Origin: an uncultured Candidatus Saccharibacteria bacterium
Lineage (GTDB): Bacteria > Patescibacteriota > Minisyncoccia > Phycocordibacterales > UBA9973
DNA: 46,430 nucleotides
Reading direction: 5' to 3'
NCBI GenBank assembly: GCA_964439045.1
Contig: CAYTMO010000003.1
Coordinates: 1-46,430, forward strand
Of the stretch, positions 33,698 to 41,528 are shown one piece after another. The translations under genes and the position numbers were made by a program. Every line of letters starts with the position of its first letter. The first letter of the stretch is position 1. The notes under the pieces are model-generated. The model made no database searches. It was not told the origin of the DNA and was given only the letters and a program-made list of their open reading frames with translations.

Positions 33698-35823
33698 GTC
33701 GTGCTCCTGTGAGGCATGATCGGCATGGAGCCATGGCTCCAGCGATGGTTATAGAAGCCGCGGTTGAAGAAGCGCATGATCTCGGGCGCAAACCGGGTTA
33801 TCGCTCCCGTTTTGGGGTCCTGCGTCAGCTTGACCAGGGCGCCGCCGACGTGCGCCTCTAGCTTCTTCTTGCGCATGAACGGCGTTTGGTCTTCTGTGCA
33901 GTTGTGAACGGCCACGTTCCCGGCGATGTAGGAGTTGTCTCCCTCGACCTCGAAGTTGTAGACCCTGGCCGGGCGCGATGGCTTAGCCCGCTTGACGCCA
34001 ACCACGGCGACCTTGCACATGGTGGTCTCTTGGTCGTACTCGTACCACGAGCGGGGCTGGATCAGACGCTCGGTCAAAGGCACCCAGCGCACTTCGTCGA
34101 CCTTGGCCCCCAGGGCAGAGCCGTCGTACTTCGCTTTCTTGTGCTCTAGGAGGCGGCCCCTGCTGCGCTCGATCTCGAAGGCGACAACCTTGCCGTCCTT
34201 GATTCCGATGGCATCAGGGATTTGCGAAGCCCCGACAGGGATCATCCGCCAGCCCTCGGCTTCCATCTTGGCGCAGAAGGGCAGGATGTCGCGCTGGAGG
34301 TGAACATCTCCGTCGCTGCCGCCGCGCTTCCAGACCTTCGACCCCTTGGTCGCCGAAAGCCTATCCCGAGTTTCGGCTAAGTCCATCGGGTTAGCGTTGC
34401 GCGACATCTTCATCCAGTAGGGGATAGGCTCCCCGGTCACCGAGCATGGGTGAGACTTGACGAACACTACGTCGCCAACCCGGATCTCAGAAATCGCCTT
34501 CCACTCCTTGCGCCCATCTGCGGTCTCGGTGAGGACGGGATGCTCGGGGGTGGCCGTGAGCGTCTGGTCGAAGCGCCCGATGCGCCCGTAGTTCAAGGAC
34601 ACCATGTCCCCGTAGTGGAGGCGCTCGTAGAGCCTTGTGACCTTCCGCAGTCTGCCCAGATGGGTCACCACTTCGTCGCCCAGCTTCACGTTCTTGATGC
34701 TGATGCGCCCCGCCGCAGTCTCGACCCTGGTGTTGGCCGTGAAGCAGCCGGTCTGAAGGCACCAGACGTTTCGGATGTTGCCTGCCCAGAGCTTGTGATA
34801 GTGGCCGTAGAGACCGACCGCCGGCTTCTCGCCGCCGTCCAGGCTCTCGATGATCTTCTGGATGGAGTAGCTCAGCGCGTAGGCCGAGCCGCCGCCAGGA
34901 TGCACCACGGCCAGCATCGAATAGGCGCCCGTGTTGGCGTTCACCAGCTTGACGTGGGCCTCCATGTAGCCGAGGTTGACCCAGTCGCTGCGCCCCGCCT
35001 GCTGCATCACGTGCTCGGCGTACTTGCCGATGTCGACGCCCTCGCGCTGGCCGTACCAACCTTCGTGGTCGTCGCCGGCCACGGCGTAGGTCACCAGCCC
35101 CTTGCGCTTTGGATACTCCGCGGCAAGGTAGGCAAGCTGGTTGTCCATGCCGTGCGTGTGCAGGTCGAACTTGTTGAAGCGCGCCTCACCGTCGATCCAG
35201 TTGCCGGCGTTGAACACGCGATCGGCGCCCTCCTCGACGAAGGTGTCGTAGAGGCTGTTCAAAGTGTCTAAACGCTCATACTTTGAACCGAGGTGGTTGT
35301 CCGACGTGGCGCCGAAGAGGAACGTGTTGTCGGGGCGGGACACGTACTCGAACACGGGGCCGCCGATGAACGCCGGCTGCACGTCCTTCTCCAGCGTCAG
35401 CACGCCCGCGCGCTCATGGACGTTGTGGCCCTGGCGCCGGAGCATCTCGATCTCGTCGTGCGTGAAGCCCTGGCCCACCGCCCCCTTCTTCAGCCGCTCC
35501 AATAGCGTGGGCTCGGGCGGGGGCGGGACTTCGATCGGCGCGGGCTCGACGACGCGCTGCGGCTGACCCAGTGGGACAAGGCGCGGCGGCTCAGGCAGTT
35601 TGTAGCGCCCCCAGTCCGGTTCGAGCCCATACACCGCCTTGATTATCTCGAAAACGCGCATGGTGGTAGAGTTGCGGTTGAGGCCGAGGTCGATCGCGGC
35701 CTGGGTCAACGCGCCCGGCCCCTTGCCAGGGAACCCAGGCGGGCGGAAGCCACGACTCAAGCAGTCATTGACCGCGCCGACGCGGCGCGCAGCCTCTTGG
35801 AAACTGATGTGTGGGGACGCCAT
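33694..35823 (-). CDS. Calcineurin-like metallophosphoesterase precursor (709 aa) interrupted by an intein
   Basis: GATSDNHLG, AGNWIDG, GDDHEGW and GHYHK motifs indicate a metallophosphatase fold. N-terminal ~130 aa extension. AAGGAG RBS. Confidence 0.75.
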   Translation of the reverse strand: MASPHISFQEAARRVGAVNDCLSRGFRPPGFPGKGPGALTQAAIDLGLNRNSTTMRVFEIIKAVYGLEPDWGRYKLPEPPRLVPLGQPQRVVEPAPIEVPPPPEPTLLERLKKGAVGQGFTHDEIEMLRRQGHNVHERAGVLTLEKDVQPAFIGGPVFEYVSRPDNTFLFGATSDNHLGSKYERLDTLNSLYDTFVEEGADRVFNAGNWIDGEARFNKFDLHTHGMDNQLAYLAAEYPKRKGLVTYAVAGDDHEGWYGQREGVDIGKYAEHVMQQAGRSDWVNLGYMEAHVKLVNANTGAYSMLAVVHPGGGSAYALSYSIQKIIESLDGGEKPAVGLYGHYHKLWAGNIRNVWCLQTGCFTANTRVETAAGRISIKNVKLGDEVVTHLGRLRKVTRLYERLHYGDMVSLNYGRIGRFDQTLTATPEHPVLTETADGRKEWKAISEIRVGDVVFVKSHPCSVTGEPIPYWMKMSRNANPMDLAETRDRLSATKGSKVWKRGGSDGDVHLQRDILPFCAKMEAEGWRMIPVGASQIPDAIGIKDGKVVAFEIERSRGRLLEHKKAKYDGSALGAKVDEVRWVPLTERLIQPRSWYEYDQETTMCKVAVVGVKRAKPSRPARVYNFEVEGDNSYIAGNVAVHNCTEDQTPFMRKKKLEAHVGGALVKLTQDPKTGAITRFAPEIMRFFNRGFYNHRWSHGSMPIMPHRSTT
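33901..34746 (-). mobile_element. Intein (282 aa) within the metallophosphoesterase
   Basis: Starts CFTANTRVETAAGRISIKNVKLGDEVV, has TPEHPV (block B-like), and ends YIAGNVAVHN followed by Cys. Boundaries were verified codon by codon. Confidence 0.75.
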
Positions 35824-35826
35824 GAG

Positions 35827-36135
35827 TTACTCCTTTTCACTGGTGCGTTGAAAGCCTTGGCACTCCGCGAGTACCTCAGGCTGGTTGCACTCAAGCCCCC
35901 ACCACCGATGGCCCCTCTCCGCCAGCTCGATGAACTTCAGCCCGACACGCTCCCCCATCGCCTCGACCGCGAACGTCCTCGACTCCGTCTGAGCGTAGCG
36001 CAGCACAGAAGCGCGCTTGAGTACGTAGAGCACATCGCCGCAAGGCTCTGGTCCAGTCGGGCCTGGGACGCGGCCGATCAGAATTGGCGGCCCCTCGCCC
36101 TGAGTCTTGTACACCGGCCACATCCAGCTTGCCAT
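35827..36135 (-). CDS. Hypothetical protein (102 aa)
   Basis: AAGGAG lies 6 nt upstream of the ATG. Tightly packed between neighbouring genes. Confidence 0.6.
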   Translation of the reverse strand: MASWMWPVYKTQGEGPPILIGRVPGPTGPEPCGDVLYVLKRASVLRYAQTESRTFAVEAMGERVGLKFIELAERGHRWWGLECNQPEVLAECQGFQRTSEKE

Positions 36136-36138
36136 GGG

Positions 36139-36477
36139 TTACTCCTTCGGGGCTGAGTAGACGTAATGGGCCATGAGCTTCAGGAAAGCCTCGGCGTCCA
36201 TGGCGACGACCCAGGGCTTGTTGTTGCGGCGATGGAAGACGAGGCTGTCCTCCCCCACCTTCTTGTCCTTGTCGGCCTGCGCCAGCGCATCGTAGAGGGC
36301 GAAGGTTTCCGCGCGCTTCACCTCGATGTGGAAGCCGTCCATGCTGTGGACGACGTCGGGGCTGTCGCCCCCGCCCGCGAACTGCTGGCCCCGCCGCGCC
36401 GTGAAACCGTGCTTCTTCAGCAAGGCAGCGACCTCGCGCTCCCCGACCTTGCCCTTCGTCCTGCTCATCGCGCCCAT
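36139..36477 (-). CDS. PD-(D/E)XK Holliday-junction-resolvase-like endonuclease (112 aa)
   Basis: GEREVAALLKKHGF...SPDVV...FHIEVK motif arrangement (E, D, ExK). Confidence 0.65.
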   Translation of the reverse strand: MGAMSRTKGKVGEREVAALLKKHGFTARRGQQFAGGGDSPDVVHSMDGFHIEVKRAETFALYDALAQADKDKKVGEDSLVFHRRNNKPWVVAMDAEAFLKLMAHYVYSAPKE

Positions 36478-36484
36478 GTCGTCC

Positions 36485-38467
36485 TCACTTCTTGTAACGG
36501 TTGCCTTCCCAGCCGTCGACCCGGATCGGCCAATCCTTGGCGAACGCGGGCAGCGCAGCGAGAGCGGTTTGCTCGAACTCCTTCAGCGACCCGAAGCCGT
36601 CCCTGGCCTCGGCCACGATCTCGTCGTAGACTGTCAGTACGACCGGGTAGCCGGCGGCCTCGACCGCTGAGGCCGCGGGCCACAGGATCTGTCGCGCCGT
36701 GGCCTGGATCGCGTTCTCCGTCAGCTTGCCCCCGTAGGTGTGGGTGCGGAAGAACGAGCCGCCTTTCTTCGTCATGTAGGTCAGCGCGGGCTGCGGCTTG
36801 CAGCGACAGGTCCCCTCGGCGCAGTCCTCGTTCAACTCCGGGTCATGCCAGCGCGGCATCTTGGTGCGAAGCTCGGGCTTCCAGTACCAGATGCACTTGC
36901 CATCGGGCAGGACCATCGCCAGCCAGTCGTCGATCATCTCGAACCCGAAGCAGCGATAGCTCGTCTCGCGCTTGTGGAGCACGCACTCGATGGCCGCGTC
37001 CTCCATGCCGTACCACATGGCGACGATCGCCGGGTGCTCGCGACGCCACGCCTTGCAGATCTCGATGATGCGCTCGTCGCTATGGCGCCCGCTGTCGTCA
37101 AACTTCAGCCAAGCATTGAGCGCTCCTTGGTACTGAAAAGCGAGTTCTCCTACCTTCCCGTCTGCTCTCTCCAGCGGGTGCGTCTCCTTCGTGACCGTGC
37201 CGACGGGCAGGCCGTAGATCTTGTCGGCCATCGCCTCGTAGATCTTGACGCCGTCGCGGAAAGCCTTGACCTTCCAGTCTTCCCCCGCGGCGCATGCGCA
37301 AACGACCGCCTCGATCGACACGTAGTCGAGCGCCAGGATGCGGTGCCCCTTCTCGGGCTGGATGAAGTAGCGCAGCGCACGACTGACCGCTTCGCTGGGG
37401 CTGCCGTAGAGGCAGCGCAGCCACGCAGGATCGCGGTGCATGATGTCGCGCACGAGCTGATCCGGGTCCATCTTCTCCCACGAGCGCACGAGGTTCAGCG
37501 GCTGGAAGCCGGCGCCCGTGTTGCGACCCGTGTTGGTGCCATGGTAGCGGGTCTGGAACCGAGCCCGGCCATCGCTGCCGAGTTGCGCCGCCATCTTGTC
37601 GAGCTTCTTGGTCGACGCCTTGTTCAGTTCCAGGCGCAAGACCATGGCCCGCCGCGCCTTCCCTTGCGGGATGCGCCCGTCCTCGGACAGTGCGTCTTCC
37701 AGCGTGTCGGCCGTCATGTCGGGCAGATCGATGCCCTGCTCCAGCAGCCACGCCTTGACCTTGGGAAGCTGCGTCGGGTTCAGCCCGGTCAGCTCCCTGA
37801 ACTCCTCGGTGAACTCGGTCGCCACCTCGTCGATGATGTGCGCCGCCGCGGCGATGCCCGCCTTGTCCAGCTTCAGCCCGCGGGCGTTGGCCTTGAGGTC
37901 GAGCTTGAAGATGGGCAGTTCACGATCCGGCAGATCGCCGAGGAAATCGGAGACGGACTGCTCGATCGCCACGTCTTTGCGGCAGTAGTTGACGAACTTC
38001 TGGAAGTCGTCGGGCGGGATGATCTTCTTGGCGGTCTTGAGGTAGAGCTTCGAGTATTTGGTGATCAAACGACCACCTTCCGGGTCCTTGCCCTCGTAGC
38101 CCAGCACCTTGGCCAGCTTGTCGAGGTCGGCAGGCAGGGCGTAGTAGCTGGCAACGGCCATGGTGTCGCGCCACTGGTGGTCGAGGATCGCGACCCAGCC
38201 GAAGCGCTTGACCATGATGTTCGCCCAGATCGAATACTCGAACGAGACGTTGTGGGCTTCGACTTCGTGGCCGGTCATAAGCGCGACGTAGAGATCCTGG
38301 GGGCAACGATCGCTGTCGTTCTTGCCTGGCCACCAGTCCTGGATCGGCCGACTGTCGATACCGTAGCACATGCAGATCACTTCGGTCGTCGGGTCCTCGG
38401 AGTAGCTCCAAGGCCCGACCGCCCGCAGATCCGCGTAGCTCTTGGTTTCGAAGTCGATGGAGATCAT
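36485..38467 (-). CDS. Family A DNA polymerase with 3'-5' exonuclease domain (660 aa)
   Basis: ISIDFETKS (Exo I), LDYVSIEAV (motif A-like), RADGKVGELAFQYQG (motif B-like) and LTVYDEIV (motif C-like). ATG at 38467 overlaps the upstream stop. Confidence 0.85.
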   Translation of the reverse strand: MISIDFETKSYADLRAVGPWSYSEDPTTEVICMCYGIDSRPIQDWWPGKNDSDRCPQDLYVALMTGHEVEAHNVSFEYSIWANIMVKRFGWVAILDHQWRDTMAVASYYALPADLDKLAKVLGYEGKDPEGGRLITKYSKLYLKTAKKIIPPDDFQKFVNYCRKDVAIEQSVSDFLGDLPDRELPIFKLDLKANARGLKLDKAGIAAAAHIIDEVATEFTEEFRELTGLNPTQLPKVKAWLLEQGIDLPDMTADTLEDALSEDGRIPQGKARRAMVLRLELNKASTKKLDKMAAQLGSDGRARFQTRYHGTNTGRNTGAGFQPLNLVRSWEKMDPDQLVRDIMHRDPAWLRCLYGSPSEAVSRALRYFIQPEKGHRILALDYVSIEAVVCACAAGEDWKVKAFRDGVKIYEAMADKIYGLPVGTVTKETHPLERADGKVGELAFQYQGALNAWLKFDDSGRHSDERIIEICKAWRREHPAIVAMWYGMEDAAIECVLHKRETSYRCFGFEMIDDWLAMVLPDGKCIWYWKPELRTKMPRWHDPELNEDCAEGTCRCKPQPALTYMTKKGGSFFRTHTYGGKLTENAIQATARQILWPAASAVEAAGYPVVLTVYDEIVAEARDGFGSLKEFEQTALAALPAFAKDWPIRVDGWEGNRYKK

Positions 38468-38679
38468 TTGCCGTACACCTTCGCCTGCTTGGCCTTGACG
38501 ATCGCATCGACTTCTGCGCAGTCCAACGCGCCTTCGACGTAGAGGCGGATCAGGCTGGAGCGCGACGTGCCCAGATGCGCCGCCCACTTGCCCAAGCGAT
38601 CGTGCAGGTCGTTCGGCAGGTAGACGTTGAACGTGCGGTGCTTGGTCGGGAAAGTCGGTCGGCCACGTTTCTTGGTCAT
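38464..38679 (-). CDS. Ribbon-helix-helix protein (71 aa)
   Basis: RTFNVYLPNDLHDRLGKWAAHLGTSRSSLIRLYVEGAL fits the RHH pattern. GGGGAGG RBS. The 161-aa ORF in the track is upstream read-through. Confidence 0.65.
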   Translation of the reverse strand: MTKKRGRPTFPTKHRTFNVYLPNDLHDRLGKWAAHLGTSRSSLIRLYVEGALDCAEVDAIVKAKQAKVYGK

Positions 38680-38686
38680 CTCGATC

Positions 38687-38725
38687 CTCCCCGTGAAAAG
38701 GTGCCGGTCTCTCCCGACTGCCACG
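38687..38725 (-). promoter_or_regulatory. Conserved upstream element, copy 1 (reads CGTGGCAGTCGGGAGAGACCGGCACCTTTTCACGGGGAG on the minus strand)
   Basis: Near-identical to the copies at 40857-40898 and 45337-45381. Its core ends 23 nt before the start codon. Confidence 0.6.
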
Positions 38726-38869
38726 ACTGGTTCAGAGGTCAGATAGGGCAACTCAAAGCCCGTCAATCTCTCGCCGTCGTTCGCGCCTTGTACCAAGGAG
38801 ACCGGGCCGCACTTCAACCCGGCGCCGGGCGTGCGACCATCGCGGTCACCCTTGGCTTCGCAAGGGGCG

Positions 38870-39544
38870 TTAGCCCCGGCGACTGCGGCGGCCCTCGCTG
38901 GCCGCCCCCTCGGTGCGCCCGACCGGCTTGAACAGCTTCGAGGTATCACGTGAGGACGCCAGCTTCTCGCCGTCGCGCGTCTTCTGGAAGGCGACGAACC
39001 AGAACTTCACGTGCTTGTCGTCCGAGCCCACGTCGCGCCCGGCCGAGATCGTCACGGCGAGGATGCCGTAGCAGCCGGGGTAGACGAGGCCGGAATTGCC
39101 CTCGACGATGCCGATCGGATTGGTCTGCTCGTCGTAGACCGACACGCCGCCGGGGCCGTCGGTGCCGTCCTTGTTGAACTTGGTCGACGCGCGCACGATA
39201 AGCTTGCCCTTGTAGGCGTCGCCGGGCTTGCCCTTCTCCTCGCGCTTGGCCGCATACTTCGTGCCGTCGATGAACGGCAGCCGGATGTCGCCATTGAGGA
39301 ACTCGTCCTCGACCTTCTTCGTGTCGCCCCACTCGTCGAGCGCCGCCTGGAGCAGCGCGTCCTCGATCGTGCCCTCGCCCTCGACCTGCTTCGGGTCGTA
39401 GACCATCTCGATCTTGTAGAGCGGGTCGCCCTTCTTCCCACGCGGGTCCTCGTAGACGTCGCGCTCGAACAAGGCGTGGTTGATCAGCCGCCCCTCGGGC
39501 AGCATGAACACGGGCTTCTCTTTCTTCTTCGCGTCGGTTGCCAT
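38870..39544 (-). CDS. DUF2815-like phage single-stranded DNA-binding protein (224 aa)
   Basis: ATG at 39544 (MATDAKKKEKPVFMLPEGRLINHALFERD...). Family recognised by sequence and by its position next to the DUF2800-like nuclease and PolA. Confidence 0.7.
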   Translation of the reverse strand: MATDAKKKEKPVFMLPEGRLINHALFERDVYEDPRGKKGDPLYKIEMVYDPKQVEGEGTIEDALLQAALDEWGDTKKVEDEFLNGDIRLPFIDGTKYAAKREEKGKPGDAYKGKLIVRASTKFNKDGTDGPGGVSVYDEQTNPIGIVEGNSGLVYPGCYGILAVTISAGRDVGSDDKHVKFWFVAFQKTRDGEKLASSRDTSKLFKPVGRTEGAASEGRRSRRG

Positions 39545-39546
39545 AG

Positions 39547-39681
39547 TCAGTTCTCCTCGTTGGTTGAAGTTTCGCGGAGCGCGTAAAGCTGCATCTCCAG
39601 CTCGCTGATGATGTCGTCGGCGTCGTCGTCTGCGTACTCGGCCAACAACTCGGACAATGCGTCTGCGAAAGTCTTCTTCAC
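39547..39681 (-). CDS. Small acidic protein (44 aa; not in the ORF track)
   Basis: GTG at 39681 overlaps the upstream stop (GTGA). Translation is MKKTFADALSELLAEYADDDADDIISELEMQLYALRETSTNEEN. Fills the gap exactly. Confidence 0.4.
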   Translation of the reverse strand: MKKTFADALSELLAEYADDDADDIISELEMQLYALRETSTNEEN

Positions 39682-40850
39682 TTCTTGCTCCCCTTCTTGA
39701 CCGGCTGGAACAGGGACTTCGTGTCGCGGTTGACGGCCGGTCGCGCGTCATCCATTGGCACCAGTGTCAGCCCGGCCTCGGGCTTGAAGGCGTAGCGGGC
39801 GGCCATGGCCTTGCCCTCGGGCAGCTTCTCGACGGAAGCCGGGGACAGGAGCTTCGGCTCCTCGTAGGCGCCCTTGCCATACTTGGCGACGAGGGCGTCC
39901 TTGGCGTCTTCCTTCCACTCGCGGTTGACCTTGGCCGACCCGAGCTTCCACTTCTCGAACGTGGCGCCGTGCTGGAGGCGGTTGAACGCCGTCTTCTTCA
40001 CCGCGGCGGAGACGATCTTCATGACCCCCTCCAGTTCCAGGTAGCGTTCGACCTGGGCGTTGGTCAGTTCCTCGGCGCCCTTCTCGCTCGCCTTGATCTG
40101 GTTGGCCATGGTCGTGAACTCCTCGAAATCCTTCAAAAGCTGCGGGCAGGCGCGGAAGCGAGCCGGGCAGAAGCGGCAGTGCTCCCCGCTCTCGGTATCA
40201 CGTGAGACCATCGCCCGATCCATGGCCGGCAGCAGCTTCTCGACGAGCCAGATGTCGAGATCCTGGACCGAGATCGTCCACTCGCGCACCGGGCCGGAGC
40301 TGTGCCAGCCGCGGGGCTGAGCGATGACGATGCGGATCGTGTCGATGTCCTTCCAGAGATCGAGCGTCTCCATGATGCCGCCCGCGTAGTAGAGGCACTG
40401 CGGGTTCCAGGGCACCTCGACGACGACGCCCATGCCGTGCTTGTAGTCGACGATCAGAAGCTCACGCTTGGCGCTGAAGTGGTAAGCGAAATCGATACCG
40501 CCGTAGTAGAGCGGGTGCAGCGTCGGAGCATGGAACTTGTGTTCGATCAGCCCGTACCTGACGTCAGAAACCTCCTTCCTGATCCAGTCGACGTAGACCT
40601 GGACCGCGTCGGCCATGTCCTTGTCGACCTTGAAGCCCTTGATCTCGTCGCCGATGAACGTCCAGGCGTCGCGCACCGTGAGCAGGCAAAGCTCGCCCAG
40701 GTGGTGGGCCGCCGTCCCGCGCGCCGCGTGCTCGCTCTCGTCGTCCTCGACCCCTTCGCTCAGTGAAACCGAGCCAGGGCACTTCATGAACCGATGCGTG
40801 GCCGAGCCGCCGAGGGGGCTGTGGCCGACCGGTGCGTCATCGAGTGGCAT
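39678..40850 (-). CDS. DUF2800-like PD-(D/E)XK nuclease with a Cas4-type Cys cluster (390 aa)
   Basis: IVDYKHG nuclease core and the C-terminal CRFCPARFRACPQL motif. Confidence 0.75.
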   Translation of the reverse strand: MPLDDAPVGHSPLGGSATHRFMKCPGSVSLSEGVEDDESEHAARGTAAHHLGELCLLTVRDAWTFIGDEIKGFKVDKDMADAVQVYVDWIRKEVSDVRYGLIEHKFHAPTLHPLYYGGIDFAYHFSAKRELLIVDYKHGMGVVVEVPWNPQCLYYAGGIMETLDLWKDIDTIRIVIAQPRGWHSSGPVREWTISVQDLDIWLVEKLLPAMDRAMVSRDTESGEHCRFCPARFRACPQLLKDFEEFTTMANQIKASEKGAEELTNAQVERYLELEGVMKIVSAAVKKTAFNRLQHGATFEKWKLGSAKVNREWKEDAKDALVAKYGKGAYEEPKLLSPASVEKLPEGKAMAARYAFKPEAGLTLVPMDDARPAVNRDTKSLFQPVKKGSKK

Positions 40851-40856
40851 TGGAAA

Positions 40857-40898
40857 CTCCCCGTGCAGTAAAGGTGCCGGTCTCTCCCGACTGTCACG
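40857..40898 (-). promoter_or_regulatory. Conserved upstream element, copy 2
   Basis: Minus strand reads GGCGTGACAGTCGGGAGAGACCGGCACCTTTACTGCACGGGGAG. Core ends 25 nt before the start codon. Confidence 0.6.
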
Positions 40899-40957
40899 CC
40901 CCTAGCCTGACGTTTGCACCGAGGCTGCTCCTCGGCTAGCTTAGTCCTCCTCGGGCG

Positions 40958-41491
40958 TCAGCCTTCCATCTCGAACTTGAGCGTGTCGAGGAAGGCGCGG
41001 CGCTTGTCCTGCGGGATGTCGTTGACCGTCTCGACCCCGTAGTCTTCCTTCAGGATCTGCATCACGACCTTCGGGCTGATGACCTCGCCGGCCTGCGACG
41101 CCGCCTTGGTCAGATCCGCGTCACTGATGCGATCGTCCTTGGGGGCTTCCTCAGTGCGCCGACGCCGACGCGGCTCCTCGGCTGCCGGAGCGGGTGCCGG
41201 CTCAGCCGAGTGACGCGCTCGCCGGCCACCGCTGGCGCCAGCATCCGATGCAGGCTCCGTCGTGGACGAGGCGGCATCCGCACCGGCACGGCGACGACGG
41301 GTCGTCTGAGGGACCTCGGGCTCCGCGGGCGCCTCCACCGGTTCGGCCGAGCGCCGGCTGCGGCGTCCGGTGCTTTCGGCTGCCGCCGGCTCTTCGCCAG
41401 AGACGACCTTCATCGAGCTGAAGATGCGCTGGAAGGCGGCGAACAGATCGGCATCCTCGTCGTCGAGAGTGACTTCGAACTTCTTGGACAT
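40958..41491 (-). CDS. Arg/Ala/Pro-rich, probably disordered protein (177 aa) with a folded C-terminal ~50 aa
   Basis: ATG at 41491 follows AAAGGGGA. Contains the internal repeats GRRSRRSAEP and GRRARHSAEP. Confidence 0.6.
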   Translation of the reverse strand: MSKKFEVTLDDEDADLFAAFQRIFSSMKVVSGEEPAAAESTGRRSRRSAEPVEAPAEPEVPQTTRRRRAGADAASSTTEPASDAGASGGRRARHSAEPAPAPAAEEPRRRRRTEEAPKDDRISDADLTKAASQAGEVISPKVVMQILKEDYGVETVNDIPQDKRRAFLDTLKFEMEG

Positions 41492-41528
41492 TTGGTCCCC
41501 TTTCGTTTGTGAGAGTGTCTTCAAGCTA

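Noticed and set aside
7339-38542. Long antisense or alternative-frame ORFs opposite real genes (for example 7339..8361, 7916..9421, 18453..19415, 21226..22122, 23995..25278, 25086..27980, 36740..38542).
   Set aside because: They are Arg/Ala/Gly/Pro-rich with no recognisable motifs. Each lies entirely opposite or inside a gene with clear homology-type motifs and operon context. This is the expected by-product of high GC content.
38687-38725. Sigma-54 promoter reading of the conserved element (TGGCAG...).
   Set aside because: There is no TTGC at the required 5-nt spacing after the GG, and copies 2 and 3 have TGACAG instead of TGGCA.
38740-38766. Sigma70-like promoter (TTGACG ... TATCTG) upstream of conserved element copy 1.
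   Set aside because: The spacer is only 15 nt and the -10 box is poor. No equivalent boxes precede copies 2 and 3, so it does not explain the conserved element.
1437-39013. Overall enrichment of the bare CACGTG hexamer, or avoidance of it as a restriction site.
   Set aside because: My hand count of 15 cores is roughly what composition predicts, so the bare hexamer is neither enriched nor avoided. Only the flanked versions (TCACGTGA, GGTATCAC) appear over-represented. The sites at 1437, 2349, 10202, 31443, 35008 and 39008 lack the full flanks.
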